From contig OZ024759.1 of the NCBI GenBank assembly GCA_964016885.1, positions 32,550,001-32,614,000 on the forward strand: a stretch of DNA of 64,000 bases, given 5' to 3'. The stretch comes from Eledone cirrhosa (Eukaryota). Below the pieces are notes generated by a model. It searched no databases and was not told the origin of the DNA. It was given only the letters and a program-made list of their open reading frames with translations. Below, piece by piece: positions 25,002 through 38,264 of the stretch. Position 1 is the stretch's first letter; each line of letters starts with the position of its first letter. A program made the translations under genes and the position numbers.

Positions 25002-25214
25002 TTAACCAAAATTCTTCTTCAAACACAAACATACATTTATGTGTATAGATATATAAATATATATCTATGTCAATATTGACATATGTGTGTGTGTATATGT
25101 GTTTGCGTGTTTATCTATAGCTGCGTGCGGATGTACGTTTAGATAGATTTGTAGAGAGTGAGAGAGTGATTGAGAGAGAGAGAGAGAGAGAGAGCGTGTG
25201 GTGTGTGTGTGTAG

Positions 25215-25249
<35 letters not shown>

Positions 25250-25585
25250 AAAAGGTAAACAGAAATAACAACACAATCGGTACAGTATATGGAAGGTATA
25301 TATATATATATATAGAGAGAGAGAGGGGGGGGGGGGGGGTAGACAGATTTGTAGAGTGCGAGTTTTTAATATATATATATATATATATCTATATATCAAT
25401 GCTTATGTATATATGTTTGTGTGTGTTTATGTGTGGATATGTATCTATATAGATGTAATTAAAATTTTCTATAGATGTTTTAAGCCGTATACATATCTAT
25501 CTATCTATCTATAGAGGTAGATAGATAGATAAATAGATAGATAGACAGACAAATAGGTAGATAGAGAGATAGAGCAAATTATTAA

Positions 25586-25656
<71 letters not shown>

Positions 25657-25691
25657 GAAAGGTGGGTAGGTAGGTAGATAGAAGAAATGAT

Positions 25692-25724
<33 letters not shown>

Positions 25725-26023
25725 TTGTAGAGAGGGTGAATGAGAAAGATTTTTGGAAACACCGGAATCAGCGGTGCTAGTGATGATGATATAATACTGT
25801 TTATTGTAAAGACAGGATGAAAGGAAAGTAACAGTAGAAGCAAGCTAGCGATATCTGCCAAGAATCGCGGAAAAAACGGAACAGTAGAGATACGTGTAGC
25901 ATGAGGAATTTAGGAAAGATGGGTTATTGAGTAGAGGTAGTGCTTATTAGAATGCTGTTGAAGTGTGTATAATTTTGGGACAGACACACACACACACACA
26001 CTCGCTCTCTCTCTCTCACTCTC

Positions 26024-26095
<72 letters not shown>

Positions 26096-26099
<4 letters not shown>

Positions 26100-26260
26100 G
26101 CTTTGAGAGGGTCATGTTGCCAATAAGAAACACATGCACCAGTTGCTTTCACTCCAATTTATTATAAATTAAATTTATAAATTCTTAAATTTATAAATTG
26201 AAGTGAAAGCAACTAATACGTGTGTTTCTTATTGGCAATATGACCCTCCCAAAGCATAAG
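26096..26260. repeat. fold-back inverted repeat, followed by a Penelope-like ORF stub
   Basis: TTATGCTTTGAGAGGGTCAT...ATGACCCTCCCAAAGCATAA arms; downstream [17 protein letters not shown] matches [17 protein letters not shown] at ~42665. Confidence 0.55.
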
Positions 26261-26319
26261 AATATCGGTTTCAACACACGTTTTCATATAAAGAATCTTG
26301 CTAAACAAATTCAGAAACG

Positions 26320-26373
<54 letters not shown>

Positions 26374-26453
26374 CACTCCTGAAAATCTGTCAAGTGCTTC
26401 GAATCTGTTATAAATATATTTGTTGAATTATCAACAAATTTAATATCGCTTTG

Positions 26454-26536
<83 letters not shown>

Positions 26537-26552
26537 TAAAATAACAGATTAA

Positions 26553-26603
26553 AGTTTAAGCAAAGAATCGCTGCTTTCACCCTTAACGGGATCTTCTGAA
26601 ACT
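26553..26603 (-). ncRNA. type I hammerhead topology with U4A core
   Basis: AGTTT-CAGAAGA-TCCCGTTAAGGGT-GAA-AGCAG-CGATTCT-TTGCT-T^AAACT: all three stems form. Confidence 0.65.
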
Positions 26604-26866
26604 AACCTTCAATTAGTCTTCAATTTTATTATTATTACTAGTATATATATATATATATGAAATGGTCCTGGCTATTTTCCTATTACCCACTCTACTACCC
26701 AAAGTATTGAGTACTCTGGTACGTTATGGTCCACCTGGTTCCTTACCACACTTCCTTCGTTATATATATGTGTGTGTGTGTAAAAGATAAACAGAAATAA
26801 CAACACAATCGGTATAGTATATGGAAGGAATATATTAGGTTAACGCTTGATATAGCAAGAAGAGGG

Positions 26867-26902
26867 TCTTAACGTTTCGGACGCTAGTCCTTCATCAGAA
26901 GA
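26867..26902 (-). ncRNA. minimal type I hammerhead, family E
   Basis: TCTT-CTGATGA-AGGACTAGCGTCC-GAAACGTT^AAGA, palindromic AACGTT at stem III. Confidence 0.8.
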
Positions 26903-27349
26903 GTGAATGAGAAATAAGATAGATTGAAGAGACGGGTTGGAATCGGAAAATTAGATAAAAATAACAGGTCCATTCATATTGATATCTCTTGCAAAACTGT
27001 TGGTGCTGGCGTTTTGAGTATAATTTATTTTATTTAGGAAAGTGGATGATGGAGCGCGTCTACCTGAAATGGAAAAAAAAACATTTTGGAAAAAGAGCTA
27101 TACATCTGCGCGTGCGTATGCATGTGTGTGTTTGTGTGTGTTATTATACGTCCGTACGAAGCTAAGAAGAAATGTGTGTATATATGCAAGTAAAAGAGTG
27201 TGTTCGCTCTTGAATGTACGAAGCTATGAGCAAAGGTATGTTAATATTAGGGTGTGTATAGAAAGATGTGTTATTGAGTGAATAGTAGAGGTAGTGTGTG
27301 TTAGAGAGGAGGAGAGACAATGTGTGAGAGAGAGAGATTTAATAACATA

Positions 27350-27430
27350 CAGGGTGTCCCCCCCAAAAAGGCAATACTTATTAGAATGCTGTTGAAGTGT
27401 GTATACATTTTGGGGGGGGGGGACATCCTG
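27350..27430. mobile_element. Tc1-type MITE (CAGGGTGTCCC TIR)
   Basis: TA-CAGGGTGTCCCC...GGGGACATCCTG-TA. Confidence 0.75.
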
Positions 27431-27523
27431 TATATACTATAAATGTTTCTTATCTAGGATCCTAATATATTGAGTACTTTATTTTACTGTGGGATTTTTC
27501 CGATCCCTTTCGGAAAAAACCAT

Positions 27524-27575
<52 letters not shown>

Positions 27576-27636
27576 CAAGGCTCTGATACAATCAACACCA
27601 TAAACACAGAGCTGGCATATCTAAGAACTGACTAAG

Positions 27637-27688
27637 TGCCTGATGAGGTCATAGCCATTCAATGGCTATCATCGAAATATATATAGCA
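27637..27688 (+). ncRNA. minimal type I hammerhead, family D
   Basis: TGC-CTGATGA-GGTCATAGCCATTCAATGGCTATCATC-GAAA-TATATA-TA^GCA. Confidence 0.8.
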
Positions 27689-27741
27689 GTAAATAAAGGA
27701 TTATATGAGTTCATGCAATTGACTTATGTTTCATCACTATA

Positions 27742-27788
<47 letters not shown>

Positions 27789-28002
27789 AGAGAGAGAGAG
27801 ATTATGAAAGGTAGTACTGGGGAGGGGTGTGCGTAGATAACATGTGTAAGAGATAGAGGGGGAACAGGAGGGGGAGAGAAAGCAAGTGAGAGAGGGAGGG
27901 AGGGAGAGAGAGAGAGAGAGAGTAAAGTATTTAGATAGTTAGGTAGGATAGGTATGCCGCTAGGTAGATAATTAAGTAGATATATAGATAGGTATATATA
28001 TA

Positions 28003-28160
28003 TCATCATCATCATCATCATCGTTTAACGTCTATCTTCCACGCTAGCATGGGTTTAGATGGGAGTTGTCTCACTTGAGGCAAGATTGGTTTTCTCGTTC
28101 GTATAGGACTGTCTGGCAGGTTTTCTACGGCTGGATGCCCTTCCTAACACCAACCACGTA
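28003..28160 (-). mobile_element. RTE 3' UTR fragment
   Basis: (GAT)n tail and GGAAGGGCATCCAGCC motif. Confidence 0.75.
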
Positions 28161-28299
28161 GGAAAATGTTTAACGCCAACGGTAATTATTACCACTCTAA
28201 AAATTCTAATTTCGACAGCTAGTTCTGAACTGGCTGTCGAAATGGCTGGAGCTCAGCCGTCGGGGTCCTGACTCTTTTCCTATATATATGATGATGATG

Positions 28300-28620
28300 A
28301 TAGCGAGGAGTTTAGTGTGCAAGTTGGAGTCCACCAAGTCTCTATCCTTAGCCCTCTCCTGTTTATTATCGTCCTCCCAGGCTATAACAGAAGAGTTTAA
28401 AACAGGATTCCTATGGGAACCCCTGTATGCTGATGATCTAATTCTCAAATCTATGATAGAACTAGAAAAATATCTTAACCTGGAAGTATAACCTGGAATC
28501 AAAAGGTCTTAAAGTCACTTGGCAAAGATCAAAGTTCTAGTAAGTTGTTAGGAAAACTAGGTCCTGATCCTTTCTGGGAAAAGTCCCAGCTTAGTGTCTA
28601 GGAAAAGGGTAGGTAGAAAT
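28300..28620 (+). mobile_element. degenerate RTE reverse transcriptase fragment
   Basis: VGVHQVSILSPLLFIIVL / frameshift / WEPLYADDL (RT YADD motif). Confidence 0.85.
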
Positions 28621-29008
28621 TGTTGGATGGATTGTCATGGACTGAAATGTTAGGGCAGGAATTTCTGTGTTGACTGATAAAATGACAAGTCAGTCAATCA
28701 TATTGGTGGCCTCCCCATAGCCCCGGGGGACAGAATGGAGAAGGAGTTTACCCCGTAGGACGGCAAGGGAGATGCATTGGAAAAGCCATTCCAACTCACG
28801 AGGCTCACACCTGCAGCTGGTGAGTAGGGAGGTAGCCCTAAGGCCGAGGACACCAGAAGTCTCCACTGCCAAGTGTACGACCACAAATCGAAGTCCAAAA
28901 GCGAAGTCAGTCCTCAAAGCTACTAACCTCTCAACACTTGACCAATGTGTCTTGCAGTGGGACAACAACTGACATTGTGATTGTAAAGCAAGCTTCTTGA
29001 CCATACAG

Positions 29009-29704
29009 CTCTTCTTCTTCTTTGCCTTCTTCTTCTTCTTTGCCTTCTTTGCCTTCTTCTTCTTTGCCTTCTTCTTCTTCTTCTTCTTCTTCTTTGCCTT
29101 CTTCTTCTTTGCCTTCTTCTTCTTTGCCTTCTTCTTCTTCTTCTTCTTCTTCTTCTTCTTCTTCTTCTTCTTCTTCTTCTTTGCCTTCTTCTTCTTCTTT
29201 GCCTTCTTCTTCTTCTTCTTCTTCTTCTTCTTCTTTGCCTTCTTCTTCTTCTTTGCCTTCTTCTTCTTCTTCTTCTTCTTCTTTGCCTTCTTCTTTGCCT
29301 TCTTCTTTGCCTTCTTCTTCTTCTTTGCCTTCTTCTTCTTCTTCTTCTTCTTCTTCTTCTTCTTCTTCTTCTTCTTCTTCTTCTTCTTCTTTGCCTTCTT
29401 CTTCTTCTTCTTCTTCTTCTTTTTCTTTGCCTCCTTCTTCTTCTTCTTTGCCTTCTTCTTCTTCTTTGCCTTCTTCTTCTTCTTCTTTGCCTTCTTCTTC
29501 TTCTTCTTTGCCTTCTTCTTCTTCTTCTTTTTCTTCTTCTTCTTCTTCTTCTTCTTCTTCTTCTTCTTCTTCTTCTTCTTCTTTGCCTTCTTCTTCTTCT
29601 TTTTCTTTGCCTCCTTCTTCTTCTTCTTTGCCTTCTTCTTCTTCTTCTTCTTTGCCTTCTTCTTCTTCTTCTTCTTCTTCTTCTTCTTCTTCTTCTTCTT
29701 CTTC
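29009..29704. repeat. (CTT)n tract with TTTGCC interruptions
   Basis: Directly visible; the poly-K/F/S ORFs are artefacts. Confidence 0.95.
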
Positions 29705-29802
29705 AAAACGGATGAAATATGATTACAAGGAATTGGGTAAAACCCTTTAAAAGTAGCCAAGGACATTTATTAGTTTCTTTGTAGTAAAGAAAGAAGTGGT
29801 CA

Positions 29803-29887
<85 letters not shown>

Positions 29888-29966
29888 ACTCAGTACTCTC
29901 TCTGTCTGTCCCTCTATCTCTTTCTTTGTCTCTCTCTCTCTCTCTTTTACATATATATATACACAC

Positions 29967-30072
<106 letters not shown>

Positions 30073-30086
30073 GTATATATATATAG

Positions 30087-30207
<121 letters not shown>

Positions 30208-30213
30208 CACATG

Positions 30214-30269
<56 letters not shown>

Positions 30270-30423
30270 TATATACATATATATATATACATATATATTC
30301 ATATATATATATTTCTATCTAAAGACCTTTTTTTCCAAACGCTAAGACCATCTTCCTGCTATATCAAGTGTTAACCTAATATATCCCTTCCATATACTGT
30401 ACTTGTTATTTCTGTTTACTTTT

Positions 30424-30465
<42 letters not shown>

Positions 30466-30746
30466 TATATACATATACATATATATATACATATACATAT
30501 ATATATACATATACATAAATACATATATATATAAATACACACACACATATATATATATATATATGAGAGAGAGAGGGAATTATATAAGGTTTTGTGTACA
30601 TCCAGTTAAAAGCATTTTACTTTCTGGTCATCTTTAACATAGCTAATTTTTAGACACACATAGAGCTGTGTGTAAGTATATATCTATATATGTGCATAAG
30701 TGTGTATGTTTGTATGTATATATTTATGTGCATAAGTGTGTATGTT

Positions 30747-30783
<37 letters not shown>

Positions 30784-30788
30784 TTATG

Positions 30789-30869
<81 letters not shown>

Positions 30870-30946
30870 TTATGTATGTATATATGTGTGTATGTATGTA
30901 TGCACACACGCACACACACATGCACATACATATATATATATACATA

Positions 30947-31730
30947 CGATGTTACATGGCAGTGAGACCTGGACCTTGTGTGCAGAGAATCTACGCAGAC
31001 TGGAGAGGAAGGAAGCTTGCATGCTCCGCTGGATGTATAATAGTAATATACGCGAACGGCAAAGCATAAATGAACTAAGGGAGAAATTAGGAATAAGAGG
31101 AATCAGATGCTGTTTACTCGAGAGAAGACTACGTTGGTATGGTCACGTGATACGCATGAAAGACGACAGCTGTATAAAAAAGTGCAGGGCGATCAAAATA
31201 GATGGTAGCCACGGAGTAGGCAGCCCCAGAAAAACCTGGGACGACTTGATAAAATCCGATCTCACACACTTACACCTCTCCAAGACAATGTCACTTGACC
31301 GAGATCTTTGGCGCTACGTAGTAATACAGAAAACCCGCCTTGCCTAAGTACAAAGCGAAACCTACAGTAAGTGGGCACCTCTTAACCAAAATACACCCCG
31401 GTCCCAACCCTACCCCCACCGCCATCCACACCACCCCTTTCAATGTAAAGTTATGTTGGTACCACAACATCCAGTCCTAAATAAATGAGGTCGTGTAGGT
31501 GTCATGACAAAAAAACACACAGTCCACGCTGTAATGTGGCCATGTAGGGAACACGGTAAAAACCTCCCAGTCCACACTGTAAACGTGGTTGGTGTTAGGA
31601 AGGGCATCCAGCCATAGAAAACCCGCCAGACAGTCCTGAGCAAGACAACCAATCTTGCCTCAAGTGGGACAATTCCTGTCCAGACCCATGCTAGCGTGGA
31701 AAATGGACGTTAAACGATGATGATGATGAT
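30947..31730 (+). mobile_element. RTE LINE 3' end with UTR and (GAT)n tail
   Basis: MLHGSETW...[12 protein letters not shown]...[10 protein letters not shown]. Confidence 0.9.
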
Positions 31731-31905
31731 ACATACATCTATTTATACATAGACACATAAGTGTGGTGTGTGTGAGTGTGTGTGTGTAGTTCTGCATACA
31801 AAGACTGAAGTGTGTTTGTTTGGCATAAAATTGGTTAGAGAGAGAGAGAGGGGGGGGGGCTAAAAGAGTGAGTGAGAGAGACAGAAAGAGATAGACAGAG
31901 GGAGT

Positions 31906-31941
<36 letters not shown>

Positions 31942-32346
31942 ACAAAAAGGGTTAATCAACTGTTTTATAGTTATTGATTATTGATTAAATATAACATGTA
32001 ATTGATATGAATTTATGACTCCACACCACACCACACCATAACACCTCCACACAACACCACACCATACCACCTCCACAACACACCACAACACCACACTACG
32101 ACACACTACACACCACAACACTACACCCCACCACACCCTTCTGCACCACACCATACCAGACCAGACTACACCACACCACAACATCACCACCCTCAGAATC
32201 AATATGGATTCACACATATATGTATATGCCCTGTGTATGCAAAGTTATATATATATATATATATATTTATTTATATTACACACACACACACAATGTATAT
32301 ATATATGTATATATATATATGTATGTATGTATATATATGTATATAT

Positions 32347-32410
<64 letters not shown>

Positions 32411-32835
32411 GTATATATATATATTTATATATATATGTATATATATATTTATATGTATATATATATATTTATGTATATATGTATATATATATTTATATAT
32501 ATATGTATATATATATTTATATATATATGTATATATATATTTATATATATATGTATATATATATTTATACATATATGTATATATATATTTATATATATAT
32601 GTATATATATTTATATATATGTATATATATATTTATATATATTTGTATATATATTTATATATATATATGTATATATACATATACATATATATATATATAT
32701 ATATATGTGTGTTTATATATATATTTATATGTATATATATATATATTTCTAACAGATTCAAAGCACTCGACAAGTTTTCTGGAGTATAATATCAATGATA
32801 TTAATAAATGGAAACTATATTTATAAAACCATATT

Positions 32836-32896
32836 TATTCTATTATATATATTTCAAGGGTACCAAAACTTTGGTACGCTCTCATCAGATAAAATA
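32836..32896 (-). ncRNA. type I hammerhead, family C (fold-back unit ~32745-33112)
   Basis: TATTTTAT-CTGATGA-GAGCGTACCAAAGTTTTGGTACCCTT-GAAA-TATATATA^ATAGAATA; truncated inverted copy at 33067-33112. Confidence 0.85.
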
Positions 32897-33205
32897 AAAA
32901 GTTTGTTTTATAAATATTGTTTGTTTTTTTAAATATTGACATATCCAGGAATGAGACCTTAACAGTTCAAGTTTTACCCAGATAGTCCAGGTAAAACTAT
33001 CCAGGTAAAACTTGAACCGTTAAGGTCTCATTCCTGGATATGTCAATATTTATAAAACAAACTTTGTATTTTATCTGATGAGAGCATACCAAAGTTTTGG
33101 TACCCTTGAAATCTAAACTATAATAAAGGAAGGTCTGTGGGACTGTATATGGTTTTTTTTTTTTAATCCCTTTTATAAAATAAGTTGGATTACTTTGAAT
33201 AAATA

Positions 33206-33345
33206 ATTGTTTCTACTTTATCGACCCCGTAAGGATGAAAGGCAAAGTCAACCTCGGCGGGATTTGAACTCAGATCGTTAAGGGACGTAACTATGCTGGA
33301 AAGCATGGCGTCAAACCCTCTACCGATACTGCCAATCCACCGCCT
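33206..33345 (-). mobile_element. SINE family 3 (further piece at 33595-33708)
   Basis: Reverse complement of the 16974-17176 head and body. Confidence 0.8.
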
Positions 33346-34084
33346 ATTAATTTGAATAAATAATGAATGAATATTACATAATTTATCTACTAAATTTCAT
33401 AAACAAAAATAATTTCGTAAAAATAAATAATTTAAAATTGACCTCTTTTCAAAGTTGCACTTCCGGTATATCGTTGCCACCACCACCACTTCAACTACCG
33501 TATATATAGAAAGAGAGAGTGTGTGATGTCAACACTTCCAGTGGCAATCGCTTAAATAAACATACTAATTTTCTCCTAATGCAGTTTATATATAATTGTT
33601 TCTACTTTTGGCACAAGGCCATCAATTATCCCAGTGCATTACTGGTACTTTATTTTATCGACCCCGTAAGGATGAAAGGCAAAGTTAACCTCGGCGGGAT
33701 TTGAGCGCAGTTTATATATAATATCGTCTTTTTTTAATCATGGATTACGTTACTGATTACATAAGACAGTGTAACAACGTCTTCGTTCAATTTCTGTTTA
33801 TATTGTCAATTACGATTTTATTTGATGTATCATATCTACATGTATATATACTTGCGTATAATATCAATATACACACTACACATGCTAGCAGAAAAACCAC
33901 CCTTCTATTATATATACTAGCAGAAAAACCACCCTTCGGGTGGTTTTTCTGCTAGTATATATAATAGAATAAATATGGTTTTATAAATATAGTTTCCATT
34001 TATTAATATCATTGATATTTATATATATATGTTTGATATCTCATTCCTGGATATGTCAATATCATTGATATTTATATATATATA

Positions 34085-34290
34085 TGGAGGCACATGGTTA
34101 GAGCATTGGCCTTGCAATCGAAAGGTTGTGAGTTCAATTCTCAGACTGGGTGATGTGTTGTTTCCAAGACACTTTATTTCACATTGCTCCAGTTTACTCA
34201 GCTGTAGAAATGAGATGATAGGGACTGGGGTCCCTATCATTCCACTGCAAAGTGGTCGTGGAGGTGCACCCAGTACTCACTGTAAATGAG
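34085..34290 (+). mobile_element. SINE family 1, 3'-truncated
   Basis: Homologous to 4321-4550. Confidence 0.85.
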
Positions 34291-34344
34291 ACATGTGTCG
34301 TGATTAAATGATTGGAATTTTACCTTACCTTCGGATTTTCATTT

Positions 34345-34402
<58 letters not shown>

Positions 34403-34485
34403 GTTATTCCGGGTTGAATCGGAGGTAACTACAGAAAGTAAGGTACTCAATACATTGCAGAGTATAAAAGTTTTAATATAGATGA

Positions 34486-34534
34486 GATTCTACAGGACTA
34501 GAACTGTTTCATTCTTTAGAAATCATCAGGAATC
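34486..34534 (-). ncRNA. type I hammerhead, family A
   Basis: GATTC-CTGATGA-TTTCTAAAGAAT-GAAACAG-TTCTAGTC-CTGTA^GAATC. Confidence 0.9.
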
Positions 34535-34537
34535 CCT

Positions 34538-34586
34538 GATTCCTGATGATTTCTAAAGAATGAAACAGTTCTAGTCCTGTAGAATC
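34538..34586 (+). ncRNA. type I hammerhead, family A (divergent partner)
   Basis: Identical intact motif on the plus strand, 3 nt from its mirror copy. Confidence 0.9.
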
Positions 34587-34671
34587 TCATCTATATTAAA
34601 ACTTATATATATATATATATTTAAATATATATATTTATATATAATTATATATATATATATATATATATATT

Positions 34672-34729
<58 letters not shown>

Positions 34730-35318
34730 TATATATTTAAATATATATATTTATATATATATATTTATATATATATAATTATATATAATTATATATTATA
34801 TATATATATATATATATACATATATAGATATATAGATATATAGATACCAAACAGCCGAACTTGTCTCATAAGATAGATGACTTGTCTAACCCATGCAAGC
34901 ATGGAAACATGGATGTTAAGCAGTGATGGTGATGATGATATATATATATAATACATATATACAGGATGTCCCAAAAATTGTATACACGCTTCAACAGCAT
35001 TCTAATAAATTAATGTATACATTTTTGGGGGACATGTTGTATCTATACTATACACCTACACAGTCCTTTATTGTTTTAGTATTTACTTTGACAATGGATC
35101 TCATCCGTGATATAAGTTAGTCATGTGATCCACTTATAAACCTATGTACTTATACTATCCCAATCAATTGATTATTGATACCCCTTTACAATACTATTGT
35201 ATAAACATATCAAAGTCTTTTACTTTATGTGAATCACTTACACATGGATCAATACCAGATTTACTTTGAGGGAGATGTCGGAAGCCTCATAGTCCTGGGA
35301 GACCCCGTCATGTTTTAA

Positions 35319-35723
35319 CCCTTTAGTATTTGAACCGGCCATATCTGGCCAGAATTCTCTCACCACTTTCTGTTCAAACCGGCTGTAACCAGCCACTCAT
35401 ACTGACGTTAAGGTATTGTTCTCAAAATAAATAATTTTAAAATCTCATAGATTCGATATTATGTGAGATAAAGCCTTTACCGTGAAAATACAATAATAAA
35501 TATAGAGTAATGTAAATGCTAGAGAGTTAAACCAGCCATATCTAACTAGAATTCTCTCACCTCTTTCTGTTTAAACCAGCTGTAACCGACCACTCATACT
35601 GACGTTAAGGTATTGTTCTCAAAATAAATAATATTAAAATCTAACAGATTCAATGTTATGTGAGATAAAGCCTTTACCGTGAAAATACAATAATATATAT
35701 AGAGTAATGTAAATGCTAATGGG
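35319..35723. mobile_element. two tandem piggyBac-type MITEs
   Basis: TTAA|CCCTTTAG start; body repeated twice. Confidence 0.8.
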
Positions 35724-36105
35724 TTATATATGTATATTCATGTAATTGGTGTCTTCATTAGTGCACAACTAGTAGCCTCAGGTCATCATGGAGTCAGTTT
35801 GGGGTAACAGCAATAGTTTAGTATTACTAGTCTGCACTTGAAGGCAGCGATTTGGCAGTCATTAGAACATTGGATAGAATGCTTTCTGGTATTAATTCCA
35901 GCTCTGCTCCCCAAGTTCAAATCCCACCGAGGTCAACTTTGTTTTTCATCCATTCAAGGACAATAAAAAAGTACCAGTCTACTACTGGGATCGATTCTTT
36001 CTCTATATCTCTTTTTGACTTCTATTCTCTCACTCTTTCTGCCCTTCTCTGGAAGAAATCTACTGGATTCTGACCTGGAGAGGAGATGGGTTGAGCCAGG
36101 TTTAA

Positions 36106-36325
36106 CCCTTTAGCATTTAAACCGGCCTTATCCAGCCAGAATTTTCTCACCTCTTTCTCTTCAAACTGGCCCTAACTGGGAACTCATACAGATTTTTAGG
36201 TATTGTTCTCAACATAAATAGTATCAAAATCTCATAGATTCGATATTATGTGTGATATTATATGAAATACAGCTTTTACCACTCAAATACAATAGTATAT
36301 ATAGAATAATATAAATGCTAAAGGG
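36106..36325. mobile_element. 220 bp piggyBac-type MITE
   Basis: TTAA|CCCTTTAGCATTTA ... TAAATGCTAAAGGG|TTAA: TTAA TSD and CCC..GGG termini. Confidence 0.9.
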
Positions 36326-36658
36326 TTAAAAATACCCTAGAAACACTGTATGTCAATACAGCTTCCCAATGACTCCATTAGGAGTTATGGGGCCATGCTG
36401 TCTGTACTTGGTCACTAATCTCTGCATTGGTGTTAATGCATCTGGTAACTTTATTTGTGCACGGCAAGTAGCTCCAGATCTAGTTTGTTTTGATGGAATC
36501 CATATGGGTAGCAGCATTATTTTGGTGGGGTGGGTGAGGTATTGGTTTGTGCTTGGTCACTACCTATAAAGCCAGACTGTGGAATTGGTCAGCAAAAATG
36601 TGCATTAAAATAAATCCTGTTTTATATGCGTTATTTAAATTATTTGAAATTATGTATG

Positions 36659-36827
36659 GGTAGTGGATTGGCAGTATTGGTAGAGGGTCGGACACTATAC
36701 TTTCCAGTCTGAGTTCAAATCCCGCGGAGGTTAACTTTGCCTTTCAGCCTTATGGGGTCGATAAAATAAAGTACCAGTAATGTACTGAGATCATTGCTGG
36801 CCTTGTGCCAAAAGTAGAAGCAATTAT
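36659..36827 (+). mobile_element. SINE family 3
   Basis: Homologous to 16974-17176. Confidence 0.85.
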
Positions 36828-37189
36828 TTAAATTATGTAAACATTTTGGGGTGTTTATATACAATTGAATTATGTCTGTAGGTCATTTTATTTTTGGGAA
36901 AGGTGGTGTATTCTAATAAATATTGCCTGTACAGGTAATCAAAGTGTGTATTCATTTTTGGGACACCTTGTGTATGTGTGTATGCGCGGGTTTCCAGATG
37001 TAGATGTAAAACAAAATGCAATAAACTACAACTATCAAGGAAAATTACTCTGTAACATTCTTTTTCACGGTTGTCTCCCTTACAAATTATTTATTTATTT
37101 AGTTTTCATAAAAGATAAAGAAGTAAAAAAAATATAGATTTTTTTATTTCCCAGACGTGACGCTACTACTAATTTTTAGATCGTTGACC

Positions 37190-37656
37190 TCCTATAAGGT
37201 TTGTCGAGTATGCACCACCTGGCAAAGTCTTTCAAATCAGTGTTTGGGCACCATGGCCCACTCGAGCAGAGAGTTATTGTTTACGGAGGCATATCCGGGT
37301 GTAGGAGGCTTATCCGGGATTTCTTGAAGGAATTTATCCAAAGACTTCTTGAACTTGATGGGGTCTGTCTCTGCTTTGATGTGTTTTGGTGTAATGTTAA
37401 ACAATTGAGGTGAAATAATTATGCAGTATTGTTGTTATGTGATGCGAGTGGGATTTTTGTCGTGGGCGGATAGCACGGGGCCCTAGCCTTGGGTGTAGAC
37501 TAAAGGTGATGCCAACATCATTTGGGCTAAGCTGATGGAATATTTTCCACATCATACAGATAATGTAGCGCTCACGGCGACGTTGAAGAGAATAAAGTTT
37601 GAGCTTTTCTAATCGACCCCAATAGTCGAGGCCTGTCATGCCAACTATCTTTTTTG
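37190..37656 (-). mobile_element. CR1-clade LINE 3' fragment
   Basis: GLDYWGRLEKLKLYSLQRRRERYII...FKKSLDKFLQEIPDKP. Confidence 0.85.
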
Positions 37657-37685
37657 TATATATATATATAAATGTACATGTATAT

Positions 37686-37723
<38 letters not shown>

Positions 37724-37750
37724 CACATATATATACACATATATATATAT

Positions 37751-38155
37751 ATCATCATCATCATCATCGTTTAACGTCCGTGTTCCACGCTAGCATGGGT
37801 TTGGACGGGAATTTTCCCACTTGAGGCAAGATTTGTTGTCTTGCTCGTATAGGACTGTCTGGCGGGTTTTCTACGGCTGGATGCCCTTCCTAACACCAAC
37901 CACGTTTACAGTGTGGGACTGGGAGGTTTTTACCGTGTTACCTACACGGCCACATTACAGCGTGGACTGTGTTTTTTTGTTGTGACACCTACACGACCTA
38001 ATTTATTTAGGACTGGATGTTGTGGTACCAACATAACTTTACATTGAAAGGGGTGGTGTGAATGGGGTGGAGGTAGTGGGACGGGGGTGTATTTTGGTAA
38101 GAGGTGTCTACTGACTGTAGGTTTCGCTTTGCACTTAGGCAAGGCGGGTCTTCTG
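37751..38155 (-). mobile_element. RTE 3' UTR
   Basis: Reverse complement of ~31325-31730. Confidence 0.85.
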
Positions 38156-38176
38156 TATATATATACATATATATAC

Positions 38177-38264
<88 letters not shown>

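Noticed and set aside
28690-29766. 358 aa Lys-rich protamine/H1-like ORF
   Set aside because: Arises from the (CTT)n tract; other frames are equally open
33455-33545. ETS-like CACTTCCGG promoter motif
   Set aside because: Short motif with no supporting exon or CpG island
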